From Parcubacteria group bacterium (GTDB lineage: Bacteria; Patescibacteriota; Patescibacteriia; Patescibacteriales; GWC2-42-12): a stretch of 64,000 bases of DNA. A program made the translations under genes and the position numbers. Location of the stretch: the NCBI GenBank assembly GCA_016188785.1, contig JACPHD010000020.1, positions 3,306 through 67,305 of the forward strand, written 5' to 3'. The notes beneath the pieces were generated by a model. The model saw only the letters and a list, made by a program, of their open reading frames with translations, was not told where the DNA came from and searched no databases. Positions 1 through 8,657 of the stretch are shown here, one piece after another; position 1 is the first letter of the stretch, and each line of letters opens with the position of its first letter.

Positions 1-7
1 TTCGTCT

Positions 8-2893
8 ATGGAGGAGATCGGCAAACAGGCCGAGCAGATGAAGCAAGAGGCTGAACAGGCAATGAGGGAAGCAAAAGAAACTGGTGCTGATGAGATTACC
101 GAGGAGCAATTGCAAAAGCTGAAAGAGCAACTTGAACAATTGGAAGAGGTTGCCAAGCAAATTGCCGAGAGCGGCGCGTTGGAAAAAGAGCTCGCAAAAC
201 CGGAAGAGGAGCCGATGACTTACAATATCAAGGAATACGGCATTAACGAAGCCGAGCTCACTTCCGAGCAATTGGAGAATCTGCAGAAAACCAGGGTCTT
301 TGCACAAAATACTTCAAAAGTGTATCGCACGGCGATGCATCTTTTGATGATCGGCTACCAGCAAAAAAATCCTAAGTTTACGGACAAGATGATGCAGAAA
401 ATGATAGAGCGCAGTTATGATCTTCCTGATTTTTCTTTATATGGATCACGAGCGGCAGATGAATTCTTGTCAAAACAACAAGAACTAGGCATAGACGGTT
501 TTAGCGACAATTTTTTAGTGAATTTCCAACTGCCCCGACCTCTCGCAAAATTTTGGTACAAGGGCGGCAATGGGAGCAAGTCCGTACCGGTAAAAGAGGG
601 CGAGATCGAATGGGGGCATTTTTATAGAATGTGCATGCCCGTAATTTATAACGGAGTTGATCGGGCGCAGATGTCCGGTCTTTATCTGAATCGTTTGAAT
701 CAGTTCGGTCAGCATGATCCCAAAAAGTATTATTATCTTTGGGAGACCATAGACCTGGCGCAGGAAAAACAAAAACAGGAAAATGAAGCTCTTAAGGAAA
801 TGCAGGAACAGCTGAAAGAGATGAAAGAAAAATTGGATGAGATGAACGAACAATCCGGGAAGTCCGATGAAAAAGATGACCAAGCCGGACAAAGCGGAGA
901 AAAAAGCGAAAGCTCTAAACAAAAATCCAACGAGCAGAAACAATCCGTCCAGGAAAAGCAATCATCCGAACAAGGCGAGAATAAACCGTCGGCGCAAGAA
1001 CTTAAAAAGCAAATCGATGAATTGAAAAAGCAGGTTGACCAAATGATCAAAGACGCAGAAGAGCGGGGCGACCAAGCCGCGGCAGATGAGCTGAAAGAGA
1101 TGAAAGAACAGCTCGAACAAATGTCAAAAAAACTTGAAAAGGATGAACAGGGGGAAAAGGGCGAATCCGGCGAGCAGGGAGAGGGTCAAGAATCTGAAGG
1201 GCAAGAGGGTGAATCCGGTGAAAGTGAGGGTCAAGGCGAATCATCTCAAGGAAAAGGATCTGGCCAATCTGGCTCCGGGCAAGGACAAGGTCAGGGTGAA
1301 GGTGCAGGAGAAGGCGGTCAGGGTGGATCACAAGGCGGCCAGCCGGGTAAAGGTATGGGGCAAGGCGGTGGTCAACCTCAACCGGGCGGTCAAAAAGGAA
1401 TGGGTCAGGGGCCCGGCCAACCGGGAGGAGCAGAAGGGTCTGGTGAAATGGGTGGCGGCATGACTTCCCCGGGAGAGATGAAAGAATTGATGGATCAGAT
1501 GCAAGAGATGCTTAATCAGGCCAAAGAGCAAGGTGGTGTTCCCGGAGGTCAAGAAGCCATACAACAAATGCTTGACGAGCTTGCTTCGATGCAAGAAAGT
1601 TTGCAATCAGGAGCAAGTCCTCAAGAGTTAGCCAAGCAGATGTCGGAAGCTATGCAGAAAATGTCCGAAATGATGGGCGGCGAGGAAGGAGGCGAACCGG
1701 GACAGGATGGCCAAGAACAAGGGCAACAGAGTGAATCCGGTGGAGCATCAGGCCAAGAATCTTCTGGCGAAGGGTCTGAACAATCTGAAGGCGAATCCGG
1801 AGAGCAATCACATGACCAATTCCAAAAGGGCGGGAAAACGCATGAAGGAGCTGTTGAGGGAATGTTTAGTAAACCCAATGAAGAGTTATTAAAGCAACTT
1901 CGACAAGCTGAGGAAATGGTCGGCAGTAAATTTACCACTCAAGATGAAAGTGGCAATCTTGTGGCGAGAGATATGAGTCAGTCAATGGGTGAAAGTTTAA
2001 AAGCTGAAACCTCTCAACTTTCTCAAGCTCATGTGCGACAGATGGAAACGTTGGAAGAGCTCAAAAGACAACAGCAGTCAAAAATGGAAGCCATGTATCG
2101 GGAAATGTCGGGGCTTGATGGTGAAACTCTTCGCGTTTATGTGGATTATATGGAATCGTTGAAAAATTTTCGTGGAGAATTTAAAGAATTTTTAATAAAA
2201 AAGTTAAAATTAGATAAAAAATATTTAGAAGAGCGTAATAAAACAAGAGGAAGTCGTATGCAGAGAGATTTCCAGCGAAAAATAGTTGGTAAAAATCGTG
2301 ACGGTAAGCTAATAATACTTCCTACAATCATGAAAAGAAAAAGACCTCCAAGTCATCCAAATATTTGTTTTTCTGTAATAATTGATAATTCCGGTTCATG
2401 CTCTGGAGAAATAATTGAACAAGAAAAAAGAGTAGCGGTAAATTTGATTGAACTGGCAGATGAGCTTGATATAAATTTGGAAATAGTAACCTTCGGCGGT
2501 CCTGATCAATTTACATTTCTTAAGACATTCGAACAGAATATCGCCGGCGATGACTTGCAAAAAGTGGTATTGCTCAACGCAGATCAGGGAACGCCCGATG
2601 TTGTGACTCTTGATGCCGCCTGCACAAGTATGGAAAAATTCACTGATAAGTTTAGACGATCATACAATTTTGTGTATTTTATGACCGACGGACAATCCGG
2701 CTCAGGCTCAATTCAAGAAGTCATTAAAAAACACAAAAAGGATATGGTGATCACCGGTATCGGGATGGCTGGGGCGGCGCAAAACATAGCTCAGACATGG
2801 GGCAGAAATGCGGTCGAAGTGCCCGAAGTAAAAAAATTATCCGATGCTTTTATTAGAAAAGTTGAGGATCAGATAGATCAAACATTCGATTAA
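8..2893 (+). CDS. von Willebrand factor A (vWA/MIDAS) domain protein with a long acidic/Gly-Gln-rich low-complexity linker; possibly 5'-partial
   Basis: 961-aa ORF with no in-frame stop up to the window edge. C-terminal VIIDNSGSCSG matches the DxSxS MIDAS motif, and FMTDGQSGSG lies in a vWA-like fold pattern. Residues ~250-620 are E/K/Q/G/S low complexity. Confidence 0.7.
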   Translation: MEEIGKQAEQMKQEAEQAMREAKETGADEITEEQLQKLKEQLEQLEEVAKQIAESGALEKELAKPEEEPMTYNIKEYGINEAELTSEQLENLQKTRVFAQNTSKVYRTAMHLLMIGYQQKNPKFTDKMMQKMIERSYDLPDFSLYGSRAADEFLSKQQELGIDGFSDNFLVNFQLPRPLAKFWYKGGNGSKSVPVKEGEIEWGHFYRMCMPVIYNGVDRAQMSGLYLNRLNQFGQHDPKKYYYLWETIDLAQEKQKQENEALKEMQEQLKEMKEKLDEMNEQSGKSDEKDDQAGQSGEKSESSKQKSNEQKQSVQEKQSSEQGENKPSAQELKKQIDELKKQVDQMIKDAEERGDQAAADELKEMKEQLEQMSKKLEKDEQGEKGESGEQGEGQESEGQEGESGESEGQGESSQGKGSGQSGSGQGQGQGEGAGEGGQGGSQGGQPGKGMGQGGGQPQPGGQKGMGQGPGQPGGAEGSGEMGGGMTSPGEMKELMDQMQEMLNQAKEQGGVPGGQEAIQQMLDELASMQESLQSGASPQELAKQMSEAMQKMSEMMGGEEGGEPGQDGQEQGQQSESGGASGQESSGEGSEQSEGESGEQSHDQFQKGGKTHEGAVEGMFSKPNEELLKQLRQAEEMVGSKFTTQDESGNLVARDMSQSMGESLKAETSQLSQAHVRQMETLEELKRQQQSKMEAMYREMSGLDGETLRVYVDYMESLKNFRGEFKEFLIKKLKLDKKYLEERNKTRGSRMQRDFQRKIVGKNRDGKLIILPTIMKRKRPPSHPNICFSVIIDNSGSCSGEIIEQEKRVAVNLIELADELDINLEIVTFGGPDQFTFLKTFEQNIAGDDLQKVVLLNADQGTPDVVTLDAACTSMEKFTDKFRRSYNFVYFMTDGQSGSGSIQEVIKKHKKDMVITGIGMAGAAQNIAQTWGRNAVEVPEVKKLSDAFIRKVEDQIDQTFD

Positions 2894-2937
2894 TTTAAAA
2901 ACTATGCCTGAAAAAAATTGCAAAATAAAATTACCTA

Positions 2938-3534
2938 ATGTCAGCCGCTAATTTTTCCATAATTTTACCCTGGGTTTTAGTTCATGGCTATTTAATGATT
3001 TTTGTCGCCATTATAATTGGCGGTCCGATTTTTATTTCGGCCGCGGCCTTTGCCGCGGCCTTGGGTTATTTTAATGTTTATTTTATTTTCAGCTTGGCCT
3101 TTTTCGGTGAAATCACGGTTGATATTACGCTTTATTTAATCGGCTATAGCGGTCGCGCGGGCCTGGTAAAAAAATTCGGCCATTATTTCGGTTTAACTGC
3201 CGCCAGAATTTTAAGCTTGGAGAAACTTTTATCCCGGCATGTCTGGAAAGCGCTGTTTATAATTAAATATTCGCCGATTATACCGGTACCAGGTTTTATT
3301 ATCGCCGGCGCGGCCAGGCTTGAATTTAAGAAATTTTTTTATATTTTATTCATTTTAAGTCTGCCTAAGGCGGTTTTTTTTACTATGATAGGCTATTGGT
3401 TCGGCCGGGCTTATGAAACGTTCGCCGGTTATTTTTATTATGGCCAATATTTGATTGTCGTAGTAATAATTTTATTTATAGCCGCGCATTATTTATTTAG
3501 CCACTTTTCTAAGAAAATATCCGAAAAAAAATAA
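2938..3534 (+). CDS. DedA/VTT-family integral membrane protein
   Basis: 198 aa and multi-TM. The GEITVDITLYLIGY...KYSPIIPVPG pattern is typical of the DedA (SNARE-associated) family. Confidence 0.65.
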   Translation: MSAANFSIILPWVLVHGYLMIFVAIIIGGPIFISAAAFAAALGYFNVYFIFSLAFFGEITVDITLYLIGYSGRAGLVKKFGHYFGLTAARILSLEKLLSRHVWKALFIIKYSPIIPVPGFIIAGAARLEFKKFFYILFILSLPKAVFFTMIGYWFGRAYETFAGYFYYGQYLIVVVIILFIAAHYLFSHFSKKISEKK

Positions 3535-3541
3535 AATTAAT

Positions 3542-4729
3542 ATGAAGATCGCTATTTTTTCCGATAATTTTTACCCGGAGTTAAGCGGCATTTCTGATTC
3601 AATAATTTTGCTGGCTCGCGAGCTGGCCAAATTAAATCATGAAATAAATTTTTACGCGCCTAAATATAGCGCCAAGAATTATCAGGTCTTGAATTTAGCC
3701 GATCAAGAATTGGACCTTGGAGAAAATATTAAAATTAAACGGCTATTTTCTCTGCCAGCGTCGTTTATTAGTGATTATTCCAGGATAGTTATTCCCGTGC
3801 CGTGGCGCCGGCTGTTTAAAAATTTTAAGCCAGATATTATTCATACTCAGCTTTTTTTCGGCGCTGGGCTAAAAGCGCTGGCCGCGGCAAGATTAAATAA
3901 ATTTCCGCTGGTCGGCACTAATCATACGGCTATTTCAGAATTTATAAAACTCGCGCCGCTTAAGCTTAATTTTTTAAAAAATTTCAGTTTGAATTACGCG
4001 GTTTGGTATTATAACCGCTGTAATTTCGTAACCGCGCCGTCGCAATCAGTCTTTAAAGAAATGTTAGCTTACGGTTTTAATAAACCGCATCAAGTTATTT
4101 CCAATCCGCTTGATCTTAATACCTTTCGTCCGTCAGACCATAAATCAGAGTATAAGAAAAAATTTAATTTGTCCGATAAGGTCGTCGTCTATGCCGGCCG
4201 CTTATCTTTGGAAAAAAATATTGACGCGCTGATTAAAGCCGCGGCTTTAACTAAAAAAAGAATCAGTAATATTAATTTAGCTATCGCCGGATCAGGCCAG
4301 TTTGAAAATGAGCTTAAGCGACTAGTCAAAGAATTAGGTATAGAAAATGAAGTTAAGTTTTTTGGCAGATTAAGTAAAGACGATTTGGCAAAATTATATC
4401 AAGCCGCGGAAATTTTTTCTATCGCTTCCACCTCGGAAACCCAGAGTTTGACTTTAATGCAGGCCATGGCTTGCGGCCTGCCGGCCGTAGCGGTTGACTC
4501 GCGGGCTTTACCGGAATATGTTAATGGGCAAAACGGTTTTATAGTAAAAGCCGGCGATGAAAACGTTCTGGCGGAAAAATTTATTTTTCTTTTAGCCAAT
4601 AGTAAACTGCGCCAAGAATTAGGTCGCGGCGCGGCTGCTTCTGTCCAGCAATTTTCCGCTGAAAATATCGCCAAACAGTGGGAAAAGCTGTATGGCAGGG
4701 TAATAGAGGATTATAAAAATAAGGCTTGA
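3542..4729 (+). CDS. glycosyltransferase family 4 (GT-B, GT4)
   Basis: 395 aa. N-terminal MKIAIFSDNFYPELSGI and C-terminal AGRLSLEKN...STSETQSLTLMQAMACGLPAVA (E-x7-E region) are typical of GT4. Confidence 0.85.
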   Translation: MKIAIFSDNFYPELSGISDSIILLARELAKLNHEINFYAPKYSAKNYQVLNLADQELDLGENIKIKRLFSLPASFISDYSRIVIPVPWRRLFKNFKPDIIHTQLFFGAGLKALAAARLNKFPLVGTNHTAISEFIKLAPLKLNFLKNFSLNYAVWYYNRCNFVTAPSQSVFKEMLAYGFNKPHQVISNPLDLNTFRPSDHKSEYKKKFNLSDKVVVYAGRLSLEKNIDALIKAAALTKKRISNINLAIAGSGQFENELKRLVKELGIENEVKFFGRLSKDDLAKLYQAAEIFSIASTSETQSLTLMQAMACGLPAVAVDSRALPEYVNGQNGFIVKAGDENVLAEKFIFLLANSKLRQELGRGAAASVQQFSAENIAKQWEKLYGRVIEDYKNKA

Positions 4730-4753
4730 AAATTATTTAATTTATAGTATAAT
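4726..4753 (+). promoter_or_regulatory. sigma70-like promoter candidate (TTGAAA-16 nt-TATAAT)
   Basis: TTGAAA at 4726-4731, a 16-nt spacer, and TATAAT at 4748-4753. It lies directly upstream of the 4767-4921 palindromic motif and the GT2 gene. Confidence 0.4.
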
Positions 4754-4786
4754 ATATAGAGCTGAACTCATTTAGGGTTTTATCCT

Positions 4787-4888
4787 GTAAGCCGCAGAAA
4801 ATACTTATTTTCTCACTGCGGAACCCCCCGCACTAAATGCGGAGTCAAACAGTCATCGTTTCAAAAATAAGCATTTTCTGCGGCTTAC
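4787..4888. ncRNA. 102-nt conserved-core/covarying-stem motif, copy A (candidate structured RNA or structured DNA site)
   Basis: A 23-bp outer stem (4787-4809 / 4866-4888, one A-C mismatch) encloses the core ATTTTCTCACTGCGGAAC...hairpin...TCAAACAGTCATCGTTTCAAAA. A second copy at 60050-60151 has the same core but a completely different, still complementary stem. An extra outer pairing joins 4767-4781 with 4907-4921. Confidence 0.45.
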
Positions 4889-4946
4889 TTTAGACGAAAA
4901 ATAGAGAAAACTCTAAATAAGTTAATTAAATAAAATTCTTATTCTT

Positions 4947-5717
4947 ATGAAGTTAAGCGTAGTTGTTCCGGCTCATAACGAAGAGGCGCTGATTGGCGGC
5001 TGTTTAAATTCAATTTTAGCGGAAATGAACGGCCAAAATTATGACCTGGAAATTATAGCGGTTAATAATGCTTCAACCGATAAAACTAAAGAAATTATCA
5101 CTTCCTTCCCCCAAGTCAAATTAGTTAATGAACCTAATAAGGGTTTGGTAAAAGCGCGCCGCGCCGGTTTTTTAGCGTCAACGGGCGAACTGGTGGCTAA
5201 TATTGACGCGGACACCAGAATGATTCCAGGCTGGCTGGATAAAGTGTTTGAAGAATTTTCTAAAAATAAAAAACTGGCGGCTTTAAGCGGACCGTTTATT
5301 TATTATGATTTATCAAAGAATGCCAGGCTGGCCGTACGTACATTTTATTACGCCGGTTTTTTTATTTATCTTGTTAACCGCTACATCCTGGGCGTTGGTT
5401 CAATGCTTCAGGGCGGTAATTTTGTGGTTAAACGTTCGGCCATAGAAGCCATCGGCGGCTTTAATTCTAACTTTGACTTTTGGGGCGAAGATACTGATTT
5501 GGCGCGCCGGCTAGTTAAAGTCGGCGGCGTGAAATTTACTTTTGACCTGCCGATTTACGCTTCAGGCCGAAGACTGGAGCGCGAGGGCCTGGCTAAAACC
5601 GGCTGGACTTATATGCTTAATTATTTTTCCACGATTTTTTTTAAAAAACCCTATGACACGGTCAAAAAAGATTTTAAAAATAAATACGCGAAAACTTTGG
5701 CGAGAATTAAAGAGTAA
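4947..5717 (+). CDS. glycosyltransferase family 2
   Basis: 256 aa. LSVVVPAHNEE...AVNNASTDKT...DADT is the classic GT2 (GT-A, DxD) N-terminal signature. Confidence 0.85.
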   Translation: MKLSVVVPAHNEEALIGGCLNSILAEMNGQNYDLEIIAVNNASTDKTKEIITSFPQVKLVNEPNKGLVKARRAGFLASTGELVANIDADTRMIPGWLDKVFEEFSKNKKLAALSGPFIYYDLSKNARLAVRTFYYAGFFIYLVNRYILGVGSMLQGGNFVVKRSAIEAIGGFNSNFDFWGEDTDLARRLVKVGGVKFTFDLPIYASGRRLEREGLAKTGWTYMLNYFSTIFFKKPYDTVKKDFKNKYAKTLARIKE

Positions 5718-5727
5718 ATAATTATTT

Positions 5728-5903
5728 GTCATTGCGAGGACCTTAATTTTAAATTGTCATTGCGGGCTCCCGCCCGCCTCGCAAGCGAAGCGTTGCGGGC
5801 GCGGTGACCCGCAATCCAGGACGATGGGAATATTGACCAACATGGTTTTTCTGGATTCCTGCTTTCGCAGGAATGACGAAAGTAATTTACTCTTCGCAAT
5901 GAC
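5728..5903. repeat. cluster of GTCATTGCG/GGAATGAC TIR-type palindromic repeats with a nested GC-rich CGCAAGC palindrome
   Basis: GTCATTGCGAG (5728), GTCATTGCGGG...CCCGCCCGCCTCGCAAGCGAAGCGTTGCGGGC...CCCGCAATCCAGG, CTGGATTCCTGCTTTCGCAGGAATGAC, and CTTCGCAATGAC (ends 5903). The same words recur at 12 or more other loci. Confidence 0.85.
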
Positions 5904-5915
5904 AAGATTGAAAAT

Positions 5916-6932
5916 ATGAAAATATTAGTCACCGGCGGCGCCGGGTTTATTGGCTCTAACTTTATACGTTATTGGCTAAAAAAATATCCAGCTGACAGCC
6001 TAGTCAATCTGGACGCTTTAACCTACGCCGGCAATTTAGAAAATTTGTCGGATATTGAAAATAATAAAAATTACAAATTTATTAAAGGCAGTATTTGTGA
6101 TGATAATTTAGCCTACGATTTGGTTCAAGACTTGGATTTAATAGTAAATTTCGCGGCCGAGTCGCACGTTGACCGCTCAATTATGGACTGCCGCGATTTT
6201 ATCACAACCAATGTTGAGGGTACGCGAACTTTATTGGAGGCGGCTAAATCCGCCAGCCGGCGGAACGGCAAAATAAGATTTCATCATATTTCCACGGACG
6301 AAGTTTTCGGTTCGCTCGGCCCGAGCGATAAGCCGTTTAATGAAACTACTCCTTATGATCCAAGAAGCCCTTATAGCGCTTCTAAAGCCGCCGCCGATCA
6401 TCTGGTACGAGCCTATTGGCACACGTATGAGCTGCCTATTACCATTTCCAATTGTTCCAACAATTACGGCCCTTATCAATTTCCGGAAAAAATTATTCCA
6501 TTATTCATTACTAATCTCTTGGCCAATAAAAAAATCCCGGTCTACGGCCAGGGAAAAAATATACGCGATTGGATTTATGTTGATGATCATAACGCCGGCG
6601 TTGACGCTATTATTAAAAGAGGCAGACTCGGGCAGTCCTATTGTTTGGGCGGAAACAGCGAGCTGACTAATTTTAAGCTTACCAAAAAGATATTAAGTTT
6701 TATGGGCAAGGGCGAGGATATGATTGAATATGTAACGGACCGGCCGGGGCATGACCTGCGCTACGGCCTGGATTTTACCAAAGCTAAAAATGAACTGGGC
6801 TGGCGGCCGGCCGTGAACTTTAACGACGGCTTAAAGAAAACCATCGCTTGGTATAAAAATAATCAGGCTTGGTGGCAAAATATTAAAAGCGGGGAGTATT
6901 TAGAATATTATAAAAAGCAGTATGGCCAATAA
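5916..6932 (+). CDS. rfbB: dTDP-glucose 4,6-dehydratase
   Basis: 338 aa. MKILVTGGAGFIGSNF Rossmann motif, the YSASKAA catalytic motif, and DRPGHDLRY near the C-terminus. Confidence 0.95.
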   Translation: MKILVTGGAGFIGSNFIRYWLKKYPADSLVNLDALTYAGNLENLSDIENNKNYKFIKGSICDDNLAYDLVQDLDLIVNFAAESHVDRSIMDCRDFITTNVEGTRTLLEAAKSASRRNGKIRFHHISTDEVFGSLGPSDKPFNETTPYDPRSPYSASKAAADHLVRAYWHTYELPITISNCSNNYGPYQFPEKIIPLFITNLLANKKIPVYGQGKNIRDWIYVDDHNAGVDAIIKRGRLGQSYCLGGNSELTNFKLTKKILSFMGKGEDMIEYVTDRPGHDLRYGLDFTKAKNELGWRPAVNFNDGLKKTIAWYKNNQAWWQNIKSGEYLEYYKKQYGQ

Positions 6933-7785
6933 GAAAATTTTAATTTTAGGCGCTAAAGGAAATTTAGGTCGTCAGTTGCAAAAAGTTTTCGCGGCTGAAG
7001 ATGTTATGGCTTGGGATCGGGGAGAGATTGATATTACGGACCGGGAATTGATCTTAAAAAAAATTGCTGATTTAAAGCCGGAGCTGGTGATCAATGCCGC
7101 GGCTTATAACGCGGTTGATAAGTGCGAGGCTAGCGACGAGGAATATGAGCTGGCGAAAAAAATCAATATTGACGGACCTAAATTTTTAGCCGAAGCTTGC
7201 CTGCGGATTGGCGCGATTTTAGTCCATTATTCCACGGATTATGTTTTTGACGGCGTCCGCCGGAGCGGCTATATTGAGAACGACGAGCCAAAACCAATTA
7301 ACCGTTACGGCAAAACTAAATTCCACGGCGAAAAAAGGATTCTGGAATTAAGCGGCGCCGGGCTTAAGTGGTATTTAATCAGGACTTCAAAATTATTCGG
7401 GCCTAAAGGAGAAAGCCTGATGGCTAAACCGAGTTTCTTTGACATCATGCTGGAGAAAGCACGGATTAAGCCGAGTTTAGAGGCGGTTGACGATGAATTA
7501 AGCTGTTTTACTTATACGGTTGATCTGGCCGCGGCCACTAAAAAATTGGTTGACAACGGCGGCGGCTACGGCATCTATCATCTAGTAAATAGCGGCGCTG
7601 GCACTTGGTATGAAGCGGCCTTGGAATTATTTAAACTGGTTGGAATTAAGATTGAAGTGAAACCGGTAAGCAGTGAAAAGTTAGCTCGTCCGGCCAAAAG
7701 GCCGAAGTATTCAGTACTATTAAATACTAAACTGCCGTTGCTCCGGGATTATCGGCGGGCCTTGAGGGAATATTTGGGGAAATGA
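6922..7785 (+). CDS. rfbD: dTDP-4-dehydrorhamnose reductase
   Basis: 287 aa. ILILGAKGNLG, INAAAYNAVDKCE, STDYVFDG and YGKTK motifs. Overlaps the rfbB stop codon. Confidence 0.9.
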   Translation: MANKKILILGAKGNLGRQLQKVFAAEDVMAWDRGEIDITDRELILKKIADLKPELVINAAAYNAVDKCEASDEEYELAKKINIDGPKFLAEACLRIGAILVHYSTDYVFDGVRRSGYIENDEPKPINRYGKTKFHGEKRILELSGAGLKWYLIRTSKLFGPKGESLMAKPSFFDIMLEKARIKPSLEAVDDELSCFTYTVDLAAATKKLVDNGGGYGIYHLVNSGAGTWYEAALELFKLVGIKIEVKPVSSEKLARPAKRPKYSVLLNTKLPLLRDYRRALREYLGK

Positions 7786-7848
7786 ATAACGAATTATGAA
7801 TAATGAATAATGGGAAAATACAAAACCATAATTCATAATTCATAATTT
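7786..7848. repeat. AT-rich heptamer-tiled palindrome (GAATTAT/ATGAATA words) immediately after the rfbD stop
   Basis: CGAATTATGAATAATGAATAATGG ... CCATAATTCATAATTCATAATTT form imperfect inverted arms. Confidence 0.7.
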
Positions 7849-7854
7849 ATACGT

Positions 7855-8649
7855 ATGCGCGGAATAATTTTAGCCGGCGGAACGGCCACTCGCTTGTTTC
7901 CGCTTACGGCCACCACCTCAAAACAGCTTTTGCCGATTTATGACCGGCAGATGATTTTTTATCCGTTAAATGTTTTAGTAAAGGCCGGTATAAAAGATAT
8001 TTTGATTATTATCGCGCCGGAGCACTCCGGTCATTTTTTGAACTTGCTCGGGTCAATTTTTGATAAAAATGACATTCGTCTGGAATTTAAGGTGCAAAAA
8101 ATTCCGCGCGGTCTGGCCGACGCTTTTTTAATCGGCGAAAATTTTATTGATGGGGATAATGTTACTATGATTTTGGGCGATAATATTTTTGAAGATGATT
8201 TCTCCGAGGCGATAAAAAATTTTAAAAGTGGCGGCCAAGTTTTTGCGGTAAAAGTGCCTGATCCGGAACGTTCCGGCGTGGTGCAGTTTGATGATAAAAT
8301 GAAAGCGGTTAAAATCGTGGAAAAACCGAAAGAATGGCTTAGCGATTACATTATTCCCGGTTTATATATCTACGACAGCCGGGTGGTTGATGTAGCCAGA
8401 CAAGTTAAACCTAGCGCCCGAGGCGAGATTGAAATTACTGATTTGCATAATTGGTATTTAGAGAGGGGAGAGTTGACGGTTGGCTTAATAAAAGGCAAAT
8501 GGCTGGACGCCGGTACTTTTGACTCTCTACTTGAAGCCGGCCAGTACGTCAAGGAAAAGAAATTATACGAAAAATTTGACCCAATAATCAACCAGGCGAT
8601 TTTAGAATTTAATCAGGAGCTAAAAAATTTGGCTAAGAAAAAATTGTAA
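7855..8649 (+). CDS. rfbA: glucose-1-phosphate thymidylyltransferase (short form)
   Basis: 264 aa. MRGIILAGGTATRLFPLTATTSKQLLPIYDRQMIFYPL is the canonical nucleotidyltransferase N-terminus. Confidence 0.9.
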   Translation: MRGIILAGGTATRLFPLTATTSKQLLPIYDRQMIFYPLNVLVKAGIKDILIIIAPEHSGHFLNLLGSIFDKNDIRLEFKVQKIPRGLADAFLIGENFIDGDNVTMILGDNIFEDDFSEAIKNFKSGGQVFAVKVPDPERSGVVQFDDKMKAVKIVEKPKEWLSDYIIPGLYIYDSRVVDVARQVKPSARGEIEITDLHNWYLERGELTVGLIKGKWLDAGTFDSLLEAGQYVKEKKLYEKFDPIINQAILEFNQELKNLAKKKL

Positions 8650-8657
8650 ATTGAACT

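Noticed and set aside
515-2331. Multiple antisense and alternative-frame ORFs inside the vWA gene (515-961 -, 733-1050 -, 1047-1331 -, 1134-1463 +, 1328-1606 -, 1621-1938 -, 1707-1892 +, 2146-2331 -)
   Set aside because: These are low-complexity shadow frames of the GAA/GGN-rich tract. The long forward frame carries the recognisable MIDAS/vWA domain.
4787-4888. Integron attC sites as the explanation for the 102-nt covarying palindromes
   Set aside because: attC sites conserve the outer R/L boxes and vary in the centre, whereas here the centre is conserved and the ends vary. No integron integrase is present, and the copies precede genes rather than follow cassettes.
5729-5932. ORFs composed of repeat elements (5729-5932 -, 19492-19698 +, 20247-20465 -, 49789-50028 -, 61385-61624 +, 61480-61725 -, 63244-63450 +)
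   Set aside because: They are translations of GTCATTGCG/GGAATGAC palindromic repeats (peptides such as [22 protein letters not shown] and DSRFRGNDK). They have no RBS, and equivalent ORFs open on both strands.
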